From sequence record NC_027395.1: 64,000 bases of DNA; one strand, given 5' to 3'. Source of the stretch: Escherichia phage vB_EcoP_SU10. Numbering within the stretch: the stretch's first letter is position 1; the number at the start of each line of letters is the position of its first letter. The position numbers and the translations under genes were made by a program. Under the pieces are notes generated by a model. That model saw only the letters and a program-made list of their open reading frames with translations. It had not been told where the DNA came from and searched no databases. This document shows positions 1 through 8,933 of this stretch, piece by piece.

Positions 1-65
1 AGCCTTTCTCTCACTCTTTAAAGGGGTACTAAATAAACGGGTAGTTAATGAATAGGATGGTATAC

Positions 66-99
66 ACGGGGAAATAACTACGGGGAGTAGGCACGGGGA
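66..99 (+). repeat. three direct copies of ACGGGGA (66-72, 80-86, 93-99) spaced 13-14 nt apart in a non-coding leader
   Basis: Read directly from the sequence. A related ACGGGTAG occurs at 47-54 and 516-523. No convincing ORF covers the region. Confidence 0.6.
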
Positions 100-252
100 A
101 AGGTGGAACGTTGAAAGGGAAGGTAAAGGCATTGCCAATAACCCTTTTTTAAATGAGGACTCCCCTTTTTTAGGAAACACGCGGGAAGCGGCTAGCCCCA
201 CTCAGTCAAATTGAAATTTTAAACTCTTATATATAAGGTTGAAAGAGAAATT

Positions 253-417
253 ATGTGGAAAATTAAGTTAATCATTAAGCAATTCAAATGCGATCATGAA
301 TACTATCGGATACGCAAAGCTTACGGGGATGAAAGAGTTCACACCCTTTATAAGTCCACTTGGAGATGTAGTAAATGTGGTAAGCTTAAACACAGCACAT
401 GGATGGATAGGCCTTAA
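253..417 (+). CDS. hypothetical small Cys/His protein (54 aa), below the ORF-track cutoff
   Basis: ATG at 253 preceded by AAAGAGA, stop TAA at 415-417. The KCDH...RCSKCGK spacing looks like a zinc ribbon. It competes with an antisense 60-aa ORF (268-450). Confidence 0.3.
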   Translation: MWKIKLIIKQFKCDHEYYRIRKAYGDERVHTLYKSTWRCSKCGKLKHSTWMDRP

Positions 418-470
418 CGTGACATGGCCTTTATGACTAAGCCTTAACATGAAGTCCCCTTTATGACATA
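411..470 (+). repeat. tandem imperfect 30-bp direct repeat (411-440 and 441-470), part of five CCTTTA(T/C) copies
   Basis: Units are gccttaacgtgacatggcctttatgactaa and gccttaacatgaagtcccctttatgacata. CCTTTAY copies start at 428, 458, 472, 511 and 538. Confidence 0.65.
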
Positions 471-568
471 CCCTTTACTTCAGCGTACACGGGTTGTTGG
501 TATGAGGTGGCCTTTACGGGTAGGTCTTATGATGTACCCTTTATACTCTTATTCAGAGGAGAAGAATT

Positions 569-823
569 ATGAATTTAGTATTAGACTTTTTATCAGAGAT
601 GGTGCCTCGGTTCAGAACAGAGACATACGCTTTCGTAATCAACAGTGACTCTGAAGAAGGGATGGAAGCTATATGCTTAGGTCGTCTTGTTGATTTAGAT
701 GATGAAACAGATTTCGATATTACAATTGATGTAAGTAGTTTTGGTTGGCTCTTCTTCAGAGCATTCCGCACTTACAGAAAAGAAACATACAAAGATTACA
801 GCAAGGGAGATACAAATGAATAA
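569..823 (+). CDS. hypothetical acidic protein (84 aa)
   Basis: ORF track. GAGGAG Shine-Dalgarno (SD) 8 nt upstream of the ATG. First gene of the plus-strand arm. Confidence 0.55.
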   Translation: MNLVLDFLSEMVPRFRTETYAFVINSDSEEGMEAICLGRLVDLDDETDFDITIDVSSFGWLFFRAFRTYRKETYKDYSKGDTNE

Positions 824-1448
824 TTTAATCCAAGCGATGGACCTTAACGATTACAATTCACAGCTATGTCGCTCTGGTTGTAGTTTACAGCATTTAGAAA
901 CTATGGGAAATGTTTCAGGATTGGCTGTACAAGATTTATATAGTGGAAGTATTCTTAAACCAACTATTACGGAGAAGAAAGATATGATGAGTTTAGTAGA
1001 ACAATACCGTGGACTTCAAGTCGGTACTATTGGTGATAAATATGAGAACTACTACAAAGATCGCTCAAAAGTACTTGAAGAAGTTGCACGGGCTAAGCCT
1101 TCTACTCTAGAAGTAGTTGAATACGAGTCTACTAAACATGACCATCTCCCTGACTATGCTCGTGCAATGATTGAGATGATTGAAGAAGCTGAATATGAAA
1201 TGCTCCATGACTACATTACCTCCAAAGATGAATGGCATCGTGATGTTCGAATCGAAGAAGATGGTACAGAAACAATTACGTGGATTCACAAGAGTGAGTT
1301 AGTAGACGACGCACTGCGAGACTACGAAAAATTTTTGGTCGACGGCTCTATTCTTTTAGAGGAAGAGAAGGGTGCAGAACTTCCGTGGGAAGGTGAGACG
1401 ATTGCTCTAGGTAAGATGTTTAACCTGTCCGTTGGTGATTGTAAGTAA
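816..1448 (+). CDS. hypothetical protein (210 aa)
   Basis: Internal ATG at 816 of ORF 741-1448 has an AAGGGAGA SD and overlaps the upstream stop by 8 nt. A hairpin terminator follows. Confidence 0.6.
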   Translation: MNNLIQAMDLNDYNSQLCRSGCSLQHLETMGNVSGLAVQDLYSGSILKPTITEKKDMMSLVEQYRGLQVGTIGDKYENYYKDRSKVLEEVARAKPSTLEVVEYESTKHDHLPDYARAMIEMIEEAEYEMLHDYITSKDEWHRDVRIEEDGTETITWIHKSELVDDALRDYEKFLVDGSILLEEEKGAELPWEGETIALGKMFNLSVGDCK

Positions 1449-1453
1449 TATTT

Positions 1454-1475
1454 GCCTCCGTTGGGAGGCTTTTTG
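1454..1475 (+). terminator. rho-independent terminator-like hairpin
   Basis: GCCTCC-gttg-GGAGGC followed by TTTTT, 6 nt after the stop at 1448. Confidence 0.6.
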
Positions 1476-1504
1476 TGTTGTTGATAATGTAGAAGGAGTA
1501 TAAA

Positions 1505-1978
1505 ATGTTTGGAGAAAACGGAGAACTCACGCCTGCACAGGTAGCTGAGATTACAGGAAGATTACCCGGAGTAACGGAAGAACTCGAAAGCCGTGGTATG
1601 AACCCAAGCAATGGGAAGTTTCAAAAGGGAAATAAATTCGGACGACCCAGAGGTAGTAGAGGTAAACTGACACAATTAATGTTGGACCGTGTTGCTGCAA
1701 GTCATTTGTCTCCTGATGAAGTGTTAATTCAAATTTACGAAGATCCTAATATTCCACCTGATCTTAGATTCAAGGCTGCATCAAAAGTTGCAGATCTGGT
1801 ATATCCTAAGGCGGCCTCTGTTGAAGTTAAGATTGAGGAAGAGAATGTAATCAACGAAGAATCATTGAATGCACAAATCAAGGACTTCTTGACTGGAGCA
1901 CTTGGTATCGACGTTATGCCTCCAGAAGAAGACAACTCTGAGGACGCTGAAAAGGGGGAGGAAGCGGACGAGAGTTAA
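1505..1978 (+). CDS. putative terminase small subunit (157 aa)
   Basis: Sits immediately upstream of the large terminase. Basic GNKFGRPRGSRGK segment and acidic tail. Assigned by position and composition only. Confidence 0.4.
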   Translation: MFGENGELTPAQVAEITGRLPGVTEELESRGMNPSNGKFQKGNKFGRPRGSRGKLTQLMLDRVAASHLSPDEVLIQIYEDPNIPPDLRFKAASKVADLVYPKAASVEVKIEEENVINEESLNAQIKDFLTGALGIDVMPPEEDNSEDAEKGEEADES

Positions 1979-2014
1979 GTAAAGGAAACAGGGAGCTGTC
2001 GAAGATCATCTGAT

Positions 2015-2034
2015 TAACAATCTAAGGATTGTTA
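2015..2034 (+). other. AT-rich hairpin in the 160-nt leader of the large terminase gene
   Basis: TAACAATC-taag-GATTGTTA followed by tagttttatt. A second hairpin, AAGGG-acttt-CCCTT plus a T-rich tail, lies at about 2101-2127. Confidence 0.35.
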
Positions 2035-2139
2035 TAGTTTTATTGCCACGATGTTCTTTTGCAGTGTACCCTTGTAGTGGAGAGGGGAGGTTCTTTGACG
2101 AAGGGACTTTCCCTTTTCTATTTTTAAACTGGAGGAAGT

Positions 2140-3681
2140 ATGTCATTAGATAAACAAATTTATGAAGCTCTAACTGGTAACAACCTTAGTGTAGAGGAAA
2201 AGAAAGCACTATTGAATATGTTGAAAGAGCGTGACCAATGGAGGAAGTATAATAAGATTTTGTCTTTCAAGGCGTATGACTTCCAAAAGAAATTTTATGC
2301 AGCAGGATTGAAGCATCGCTTTAGATTCTTGTGTGCAGCGAACCGTGTTGGTAAATCTTACAGCGAGGCATACGAGTTTGCTTGTCATGTCACAGGTCGC
2401 TACCCAACTTGGTGGACAGGATATAAATTTAAAAGACCTATCTTAGCATGGGCAGTTGGTATTACAGGGGATTCCACAAGGAAAGTATTGCAAAAGGAAT
2501 TGTTTGGTACACCTATCGGAAAGGATACAAATTTATTGGGGACAGGTGTCATTCCTCGTGATGCTATCGTCATTGACACGATAGAACGAGATGGTAACAA
2601 ACTTCAAATCGTACAAATCAAACATCAAAATGAAAGAGGAGAGTTTGACGGTTTAAGTACATTAGAATTCCGTTCAACCCAACAGGGTGAACACACATTG
2701 ATGGGTGCAACAGTTGACTACATTTGGTTAGACGAAGAAGATCCATACGAGTCTATGGCTATATTCGCACAGTGCGTCACACGTACACTCACAACTAAAG
2801 GTCTAGTTACAATTACGGCTACACCAGAGAACGGTTTAACTGAACTGGTAGATAAATTTATGAAAGGTGAAGGGGATGAGAACACAGGTTCTCTATATTT
2901 CCAGAATGCTTCTTGGTGGGATGCTCATGCAGACCTAGGTGGACATATCACTGACCAAGATATAAAAGATATGACTGAAGGTATTCCAGCGTGGCAGTTA
3001 GAGATGCGTTCAAAAGGTATGCCATTGTTAGGAAGTGGTTTGATTTATGATGTATCGGATGACACAATTAAATGTGAACCATTCGAAATTCCTGATACGT
3101 GGAAACGTGTCTGTGCAATTGATATTGGTATTGATCACCCAACTGCTGCTGTTTGGACAGCTTACGATGCAAACACGGATACTATCTATGTTTACGACTC
3201 ATATAAAGAAGGTGGCTTTACTCCAGTGTATCATGCTCCAGCTATTAATGGTCGTGGTCAGTGGATTCCTGTCATCCTACCGCACGATGCGGACAATATT
3301 GAGAAAGGTAGTGGCTCATCTGTTGCTCAATTCTATAAGAATGCAGGAGTTAACGTGCAGAGTGAGACCTTCTACAACAAAATTGGAATGGATGGTAAAA
3401 AGAACTTCTTTGTAGAACCGGGAATCACAGATATCAGAGAAAGAATGATGAGTGGACGCTTTAAAATCTTTAACACAGCCGCTAATGCTAAGCTATTCGA
3501 AGAGAAAGCTAGATATCACCGTAAGGTTGGTAAGATTATTAAAGAACATGATGACTTAATGGATGCAATGCGCTATTCAGCGTGCTCTGTTACACATCGT
3601 GGTCGCTCTAAACATGACGTTAGCTACGGAAGTGCTTCTCTGTATGAGGCAAACGTAAGCAGATGGAATCAGAGTTACTAA
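2140..3681 (+). CDS. terL: terminase large subunit (513 aa)
   Basis: Walker A-like CAANRVGKS and Walker B-like IWLDEED. C-terminal nuclease-type region (CAIDIGIDHPTA, DDLMDAMRY). GGAGGAAG SD. Confidence 0.9.
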   Translation: MSLDKQIYEALTGNNLSVEEKKALLNMLKERDQWRKYNKILSFKAYDFQKKFYAAGLKHRFRFLCAANRVGKSYSEAYEFACHVTGRYPTWWTGYKFKRPILAWAVGITGDSTRKVLQKELFGTPIGKDTNLLGTGVIPRDAIVIDTIERDGNKLQIVQIKHQNERGEFDGLSTLEFRSTQQGEHTLMGATVDYIWLDEEDPYESMAIFAQCVTRTLTTKGLVTITATPENGLTELVDKFMKGEGDENTGSLYFQNASWWDAHADLGGHITDQDIKDMTEGIPAWQLEMRSKGMPLLGSGLIYDVSDDTIKCEPFEIPDTWKRVCAIDIGIDHPTAAVWTAYDANTDTIYVYDSYKEGGFTPVYHAPAINGRGQWIPVILPHDADNIEKGSGSSVAQFYKNAGVNVQSETFYNKIGMDGKKNFFVEPGITDIRERMMSGRFKIFNTAANAKLFEEKARYHRKVGKIIKEHDDLMDAMRYSACSVTHRGRSKHDVSYGSASLYEANVSRWNQSY

Positions 3682-3685
3682 AGTA

Positions 3686-3713
3686 AGGGGGAGGTTTGTC
3701 CTCCCTTCTTTTA
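3686..3713 (+). terminator. hairpin after terL
   Basis: GGGGGAGG-tttgt-CCTCCC followed by ttctttt. Confidence 0.5.
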
Positions 3714-3742
3714 TTTAAGCTATCAACCGAGGGAGAGAATCG

Positions 3743-5986
3743 ATGGCTAAGCAAAAATATAGTGAAGAGGTGTTGGACGAGTTACGTGTTGACCTTCAAC
3801 GTCGTTTTAATTATGCTCAAGGCTACGTGGACATGGCTGTTAAGGGCTATGCTCGTGAAGCTTGGGAATATTTCTATGGTAACTTACCTGCACCAGTAAC
3901 TGCTGGCAGCTCTAGTTGGGTAGATCGTACTGTTTGGGAATCTGTTAACGGTACATTGCAAGATATTATTAACGTATTCTGTTCTGGTGATGAAGCAGTT
4001 ACTTTCGTAGCTGACAACCAACAGGATTCTGATGCTGCTGATGTAGCAACTAAATTAGTTAACCAAATTCTTCTGCGTGACAATCCGGGATACAATATTA
4101 TCTCTTCTGCTGCACAAGAATGTCTGGTTACTCGTAACTCTTTTATCAAGTATTATTGGGATGAACAAACTTCTACTCAAACTGAAGAAGCTGAAGGTGT
4201 ACCACCGGAAGCATTGGCTGCATATGTTCAGGGATTAGAAGCTGGTGGACTCAAGAATCTGGAAGTCTTCACTGAAGAAAATGAAGACGGTACAGTCGAT
4301 GTTAAAGTTACTTACGAACAAACTGTTAAACGTGTGAAAGTTGAATATGTTCCTTCAGAGCAAATCTTTGTTGATGAACATGCTACCTCTTTTGCAGATG
4401 CACAATACTTCTGTCATCGTGTACGTCGTTCTAAAGAAGATCTGGTTGCTATGGGCTTCCCTAAAGATGAGATTGAAGCATTCAACGACTGGACAGACAC
4501 GATGGATACCACTCAATCTACGGTTGCTTGGTCTCGTACTGACTGGCGTCAGGATATTGATGCTGATATTGGTACAGATACCGAAGATATCGCTTCTATG
4601 GTTTGGGTTTATGAGCACTATATTCGTACTGGTGTTCTAGATAAGAATAAAGAGTCTAAACTCTATCAGGTTATTCAAGCTGGTGAGCATATCCTTCACA
4701 CTGAAGAAGTAACTCACATTCCGTTTGTAACCTTCTGTCCGTATCCGATTCCGGGTTCCTTCTATGGTCAATCGGTCTATGACATTACGAAAGATATTCA
4801 AGATTTACGTACCGCGTTAGTTCGTGGTTATATTGATAACGTCAACAATGCTAACTATGGTCGATACAAAGCTCTTGTTGGTGCATACGACCGTCGCTCT
4901 CTGCTTGATAACCGTCCCGGTGGAGTGGTTGAAATGGAACGTCAGGACGCTATTGACCTGTTCCCATACCATAACCTACCTCAAGGTATTGACGGCCTTC
5001 TAGGCATGTCTGAGGAGCTTAAAGAGACACGTACCGGTGTAACCAAACTAGGCATGGGTATCAACCCTGATGTGTTTAAGAATGATAACGCTTATGCAAC
5101 CGTAGGCTTGATGATGAATGCTGCACAGAACCGCCTCCGTATGGTATGTCGTAACATTGCTCACAACGGTATGGTTGAACTGATGCGTGGTATTTACAAT
5201 CTTATCAGAGAAAATGGTGAAGTTCCTATTGAGGTACAAACCCCTCGTGGTATGATTCAGGTAAATCCGAAACAATTACCAGCTCGTCACAATCTTCAAG
5301 TTGTTGTAGCTATCTCTCCTAATGAGAAAGCAGAACGTGCACAGAAACTGATTAGCTTGAAACAGCTGATTGCAGCAGATGCACAGTTAGCACCTCTCTT
5401 TGGTTTGGAGCAAGACCGTTACATGACTGCACAGATCTTTGAGTTGATGGGTATTAAAGATACACATAAATACCTTCTGCCTCTGGAACAGTATCAGCCT
5501 CCAGAACCTTCTCCGATGGAAATCCTCCAGCTCGAGATGACTAAAGCTCAGGTTGAGAACGTACAGGCTTCTTCTCAGAAGATGATTGCTGATGCATTCG
5601 ACCAACGTGAACGTACTACATTCGAACAGCAGAAAGCTGCGGATGAATTAAGTCTGCGTCAGGAAGAGTTGCAGTTCAAGCAAGAAAATGCAGCAGATGC
5701 AATGACTCTGGAAAACCGTAAAGAAGATAACAATGCTACTCTGGAACAAGCTAAGCACAAGTTAGCTCTTATGCAACAGCAGGTCCGTCAGTATGAATCT
5801 GTACTGAAAGAATTGCAGATGGTTATGTCTCATCAGGTAGACCAAGAGAAGATTGTTCAGCAAGCTCGTGTTCAGGACAAAACTTTGGAACTCCAAAAGA
5901 AAGAAGCTAATGTAACTAAGAAAGAGCAACAAGCTTCTCTCAAAGATTCACGGATTCCAGGCAAACGTCTTGGAAGTAAAAAGTAA
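3743..5986 (+). CDS. portal protein (747 aa)
   Basis: Size, position directly after terL, and a long charged coiled-coil C-terminus. GGGAGAG SD. Confidence 0.8.
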   Translation: MAKQKYSEEVLDELRVDLQRRFNYAQGYVDMAVKGYAREAWEYFYGNLPAPVTAGSSSWVDRTVWESVNGTLQDIINVFCSGDEAVTFVADNQQDSDAADVATKLVNQILLRDNPGYNIISSAAQECLVTRNSFIKYYWDEQTSTQTEEAEGVPPEALAAYVQGLEAGGLKNLEVFTEENEDGTVDVKVTYEQTVKRVKVEYVPSEQIFVDEHATSFADAQYFCHRVRRSKEDLVAMGFPKDEIEAFNDWTDTMDTTQSTVAWSRTDWRQDIDADIGTDTEDIASMVWVYEHYIRTGVLDKNKESKLYQVIQAGEHILHTEEVTHIPFVTFCPYPIPGSFYGQSVYDITKDIQDLRTALVRGYIDNVNNANYGRYKALVGAYDRRSLLDNRPGGVVEMERQDAIDLFPYHNLPQGIDGLLGMSEELKETRTGVTKLGMGINPDVFKNDNAYATVGLMMNAAQNRLRMVCRNIAHNGMVELMRGIYNLIRENGEVPIEVQTPRGMIQVNPKQLPARHNLQVVVAISPNEKAERAQKLISLKQLIAADAQLAPLFGLEQDRYMTAQIFELMGIKDTHKYLLPLEQYQPPEPSPMEILQLEMTKAQVENVQASSQKMIADAFDQRERTTFEQQKAADELSLRQEELQFKQENAADAMTLENRKEDNNATLEQAKHKLALMQQQVRQYESVLKELQMVMSHQVDQEKIVQQARVQDKTLELQKKEANVTKKEQQASLKDSRIPGKRLGSKK

Positions 5987-5995
5987 GGACGTCGA

Positions 5996-6232
5996 ATGAA
6001 CATTAGGCATCAATTCAATAAAGAGCACGCCGCCGCTTTGGCGGCTCTCAATCTTAACGGCAGTCTTGACGCAGCATTAGAGGCATTGAAAGAAAGACTC
6101 ATGACAGAGATAGTTCAAACCGAACCTCATGAGAATAAGAAACGCGAAGATTGTTATCAAAAGTATAAAATGGTGGGTAGCTTAAAAGAGGTCATAAAAG
6201 CTGCTATCAATAGTGCAGGAGATGTTTCATAA
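5996..6232 (+). CDS. hypothetical head-module protein (78 aa)
   Basis: ORF track. Lies between portal and scaffold, with its stop overlapping the next start (TAATG). Confidence 0.5.
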   Translation: MNIRHQFNKEHAAALAALNLNGSLDAALEALKERLMTEIVQTEPHENKKREDCYQKYKMVGSLKEVIKAAINSAGDVS

Positions 6233-7308
6233 TGCCACAAGATAATTATATTGACCCGAACGATTTTAAATCTTTCCTCCAACTGGATGACCTGAAAGGT
6301 TCTTTCAAAGAAGAACTCGGTCGATTAGAATCTGAACAAGAACCAGAAGTGGACATTGACGATGAGTTCCCGGAAAAAGACGGTGACGATTTCGACTTTG
6401 ATACCGACCTTCTCGGTGAAAGCGATGAGCTTAAGTTCGAAGATGAAGATGGTTGGGAAGATCGTGAAGAGGAAGGCGAAGTCGAAGAAGATGAAGATGA
6501 ATCCTCTGAAGCAGAAGAACAAGAGGAAGAAGATTCAAGCGATGCAGAGTATGAAGATGATTCTGCTGACGGTGAAGGTGAAGTCTTTGATGTAGACTAC
6601 GAAACCGTTATCACCCTTCCTGATGGACGTGAGATGACTATTGAAGAACTTTCTAATGGCTATCTTACTGGTGCTGATATGACAGAACGAGAATCAACTC
6701 TTCAGCGTCATATGGAAGCATTCGAGGAACGTGTAGTAGGTTTGAAGGATGTATTAGAACTAGCGTCTTTAGAAGCAGACCGAGTAATTGAAGATTATAA
6801 CGGTTTTGATTGGGACAAGCTTGCAGTAGAAGATCCTCAAGCATATGTTGAAAACAAACGTTTCCTAGAGAAGTACACAGCTCGCCGTCAACAGCTTGAA
6901 CAGGCTCAGGTCCGTATTAAGCAGGAAGCAGCAGCTAAAGAGCAGGAAGCTTTCCAAGCCAAGAGTATTGAATGTGTTAATATTCTGAAACGTGAGATTC
7001 CAAATTGGGATGAAAACTTATATCAAAACTTAATGCAATACGCAATTGACTTAGGTGCTACTGAAGAAGAAGTATTGAAGGAAAACCGTCCGTCTATTTT
7101 CCTAGCTCTCCATAAAGCATACCAATTTGATAAAGGTAAGCAACAGGTGATGGCTAAGATTAAACGTCCCGGTGCTCCACGCAAGGTTGTGAAGTCTGAT
7201 GCTGCAAAGTCTCGCACTTCCAATAAGCCCGACAACGCTAAGGTTGCCAAGGCATTCGCAGAGGGTCGCGTTAGTCACGAAGACGCATTCAAATTCCTCG
7301 TAGATTAA
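6232..7308 (+). CDS. scaffolding protein (358 aa)
   Basis: Extremely acidic D/E-rich N-terminal third followed by coiled coil. Position immediately upstream of the capsid gene. Confidence 0.7.
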   Translation: MPQDNYIDPNDFKSFLQLDDLKGSFKEELGRLESEQEPEVDIDDEFPEKDGDDFDFDTDLLGESDELKFEDEDGWEDREEEGEVEEDEDESSEAEEQEEEDSSDAEYEDDSADGEGEVFDVDYETVITLPDGREMTIEELSNGYLTGADMTERESTLQRHMEAFEERVVGLKDVLELASLEADRVIEDYNGFDWDKLAVEDPQAYVENKRFLEKYTARRQQLEQAQVRIKQEAAAKEQEAFQAKSIECVNILKREIPNWDENLYQNLMQYAIDLGATEEEVLKENRPSIFLALHKAYQFDKGKQQVMAKIKRPGAPRKVVKSDAAKSRTSNKPDNAKVAKAFAEGRVSHEDAFKFLVD

Positions 7309-7349
7309 TCGACAAATTAAATTATTAATAGTATAGGAGCTAACATAAC

Positions 7350-8408
7350 ATGGCTAATCCAACTTTATTTGTATCGTATGACCAGAATGGTAAAAAACTT
7401 TCTTTTGCTAACTGGATTTCTGTTCTGTCCCCTCAGGATACTCCGTTCGTATCTATGACCGGTAAAGAGTCTATCAACCAGACTATCTTTAGCTGGCAGA
7501 CCGATGCACTGGCAAGCGTTGACGGTAATAACGCACACGTCGAAGGCTCTCGTGCTGAAGACGGTGAAATGAAACCGACTGTTATCAAATCTAACGTTAC
7601 TCAGATTCTGCGTAAGGTTGTTCGTGTTTCTGATACTGCTAACACCACCGCTAACTACGGTCGTGGTCGTGAACTGATGTATCAGCTGGAGAAGAAAGGT
7701 AAAGAGATCAAGCGTGACCTCGAGAAAATCCTTCTGTCCGGTCAGGCTCGTACCGATGTTCTGGCTGACCAGTATCTGACTAACTCCGCAGCTGATCCTG
7801 CTGTTGCTGGTCTGAATGACACCCATGCAGCTCGTAAGACTGGTGCATTCCAGTTCCTGTGTGCTCACGGTGGTCTGGCTGGTGGCGTTGTTGACAAGAC
7901 CAAGAATGGTCCTGCTGACCCGGATACTGGTGCAGTAACTGTTAAAGTTGCACAGAATGCTTCTAACCCGACCACTAACATCGGTTTTGATGAAGCTGAT
8001 ATCTTTGATATGACTCTGCAACTGTACACCGCTGGTTCTGAAGCAGATATCATCATGATTAACCCGGCTCATGCTAAGATCTTCGCTGGTCTGCAAGAAA
8101 ATACTCAGGGTTCACGTAAGCGTATCTTTGAGAACACCAAGCAGTTCATCTACGAAGTTAACAGCATCACTGACCCGCTGGGCCAGAGCTACAAAATCAT
8201 CGTTAACCGTTGGATGCCTACCGATGCAGTTTACTTCTTCCGTAGCGCTGACTGGACTCAGATGGTTCTGCGTGCTCCGAAACGTACTGAACTGGCTAAA
8301 GACGGTTCTTACGAGAAGTGGATGATTGAAATGGAAGTTGGTCTGCGTCACCGCAACCCGTATGCTTCTGGCGTACTGTTCACTGCTGCGGGAAAGGCGG
8401 CGGCGTAA
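7350..8408 (+). CDS. major capsid protein (352 aa)
   Basis: Strongly biased high-expression codon usage, position after the scaffold, size typical of an HK97-fold capsid protein, and a strong terminator downstream at 8941. Confidence 0.85.
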   Translation: MANPTLFVSYDQNGKKLSFANWISVLSPQDTPFVSMTGKESINQTIFSWQTDALASVDGNNAHVEGSRAEDGEMKPTVIKSNVTQILRKVVRVSDTANTTANYGRGRELMYQLEKKGKEIKRDLEKILLSGQARTDVLADQYLTNSAADPAVAGLNDTHAARKTGAFQFLCAHGGLAGGVVDKTKNGPADPDTGAVTVKVAQNASNPTTNIGFDEADIFDMTLQLYTAGSEADIIMINPAHAKIFAGLQENTQGSRKRIFENTKQFIYEVNSITDPLGQSYKIIVNRWMPTDAVYFFRSADWTQMVLRAPKRTELAKDGSYEKWMIEMEVGLRHRNPYASGVLFTAAGKAAA

Positions 8409-8430
8409 CAGTAGACACTGTCTACTGTTA
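8390..8430 (+). promoter_or_regulatory. candidate translational recoding cassette: in-frame slippery heptamer G_GGA_AAG (8390-8396), 9-nt spacer, 11-bp stem with 3-nt loop (8406-8430)
   Basis: Capsid-frame codons are GCG GGA AAG. The hairpin is TAACAGTAGAC-act-GTCTACTGTTA. Its 5' arm contains the capsid stop TAA (8406-8408) and a second in-frame TAG (8412-8414). Confidence 0.6.
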
Positions 8431-8933
8431 GCCCTGCGTCTTTAGCAAGCCTAGAGACAGGGGCTACTCGGCAGTTCACTGCAAGCGCGGAGAAAAGTGA
8501 TGGTTCTACCGAAACAACTGGCTTTACTTGGTCAGTGACAGGAGGTGGTTCTATCACTCAGTCGGGTTTGTATACTGCTCCGAGTGCGTCTCAATCCACT
8601 GATGTATCCATTACTGCAACTTTAGAAGGTGTTTCTGGTACAGCAATCATTTCTGAAATTGTTGCTCCTGCTCCTACTATTGTAGCTAAGGGTCCAATTA
8701 CGGGTAAAACTGGTGGTTCTTCCACTAACTTCACTACCATGTTTACTGTAACTAATTCTACTGCTGCGGATTACACGTTTGTTGTAACCCCTACAGAAGC
8801 TGGTACAGTAAGCGCAGCTGGTGCGTTAACCTTAGATGCTGCTGCAAGTGGCGAAGTTACTGTTCAAGCAAGTTTGACAGCTGATCCGTCCATCAATGCA
8901 ACATGCACTTTTACTGGTGTAACACCTGCTTAA
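8415..8933 (+). CDS. Ig-like (Big_2-type) two-domain ORF in the capsid frame, lacking its own start codon; probable recoded capsid extension or decoration protein
   Basis: The frame is open from the codon after TAG 8412-8414. The translation TLSTVSPASLASLETGATRQFTASAEKSDGSTETTGFTWSVTGGGSITQSGLYTAP is a canonical Big_2 start. No ATG, GTG or TTG occurs in frame before GTG 8535, which falls mid-domain and has no SD. Confidence 0.6.
   Translation, partial: TLSTVSPASLASLETGATRQFTASAEKSDGSTETTGFTWSVTGGGSITQSGLYTAPSASQSTDVSITATLEGVSGTAIISEIVAPAPTIVAKGPITGKTGGSSTNFTTMFTVTNSTAADYTFVVTPTEAGTVSAAGALTLDAAASGEVTVQASLTADPSINATCTFTGVTPA

Noticed and set aside
463-648. ORF-track ORFs 268-450 (-) and 463-648 (+) in the repeat-rich leader.
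   Set aside because: Both run through the direct-repeat arrays, have no SD, and 463-648 overlaps the better-supported 569-823 gene. They were judged non-coding.
1485-1493. TAATGTAGA, a one-mismatch copy of the promoter motif upstream of the small terminase candidate.
   Set aside because: It ends only 11 nt before the ATG, so a transcript starting downstream of it would lack the AAGGAG SD. A similar one-mismatch copy, TAATGTATT at about 22641, lies inside a coding region. Both are treated as chance matches.
7365-8096. Long antisense ORFs opposite well-supported genes: 243 aa opposite the capsid gene, 213 aa at 24605-25246, 167 aa at 27090-27593, and 186 aa at 58551-59111.
   Set aside because: They lie entirely antisense to genes with strong motif or codon-usage support. 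They have low-complexity S/T/L/F-rich translations and lack SD sequences. These are typical shadow ORFs.
8535-8933. ORF-track call of the Ig-like ORF starting at GTG 8535.
   Set aside because: The GTG lies in the middle of the first Big_2 domain. The preceding 120 nt in the same frame encode the missing N-terminal strands, and there is no SD. The coding region is taken as 8415-8933, with unconventional expression.
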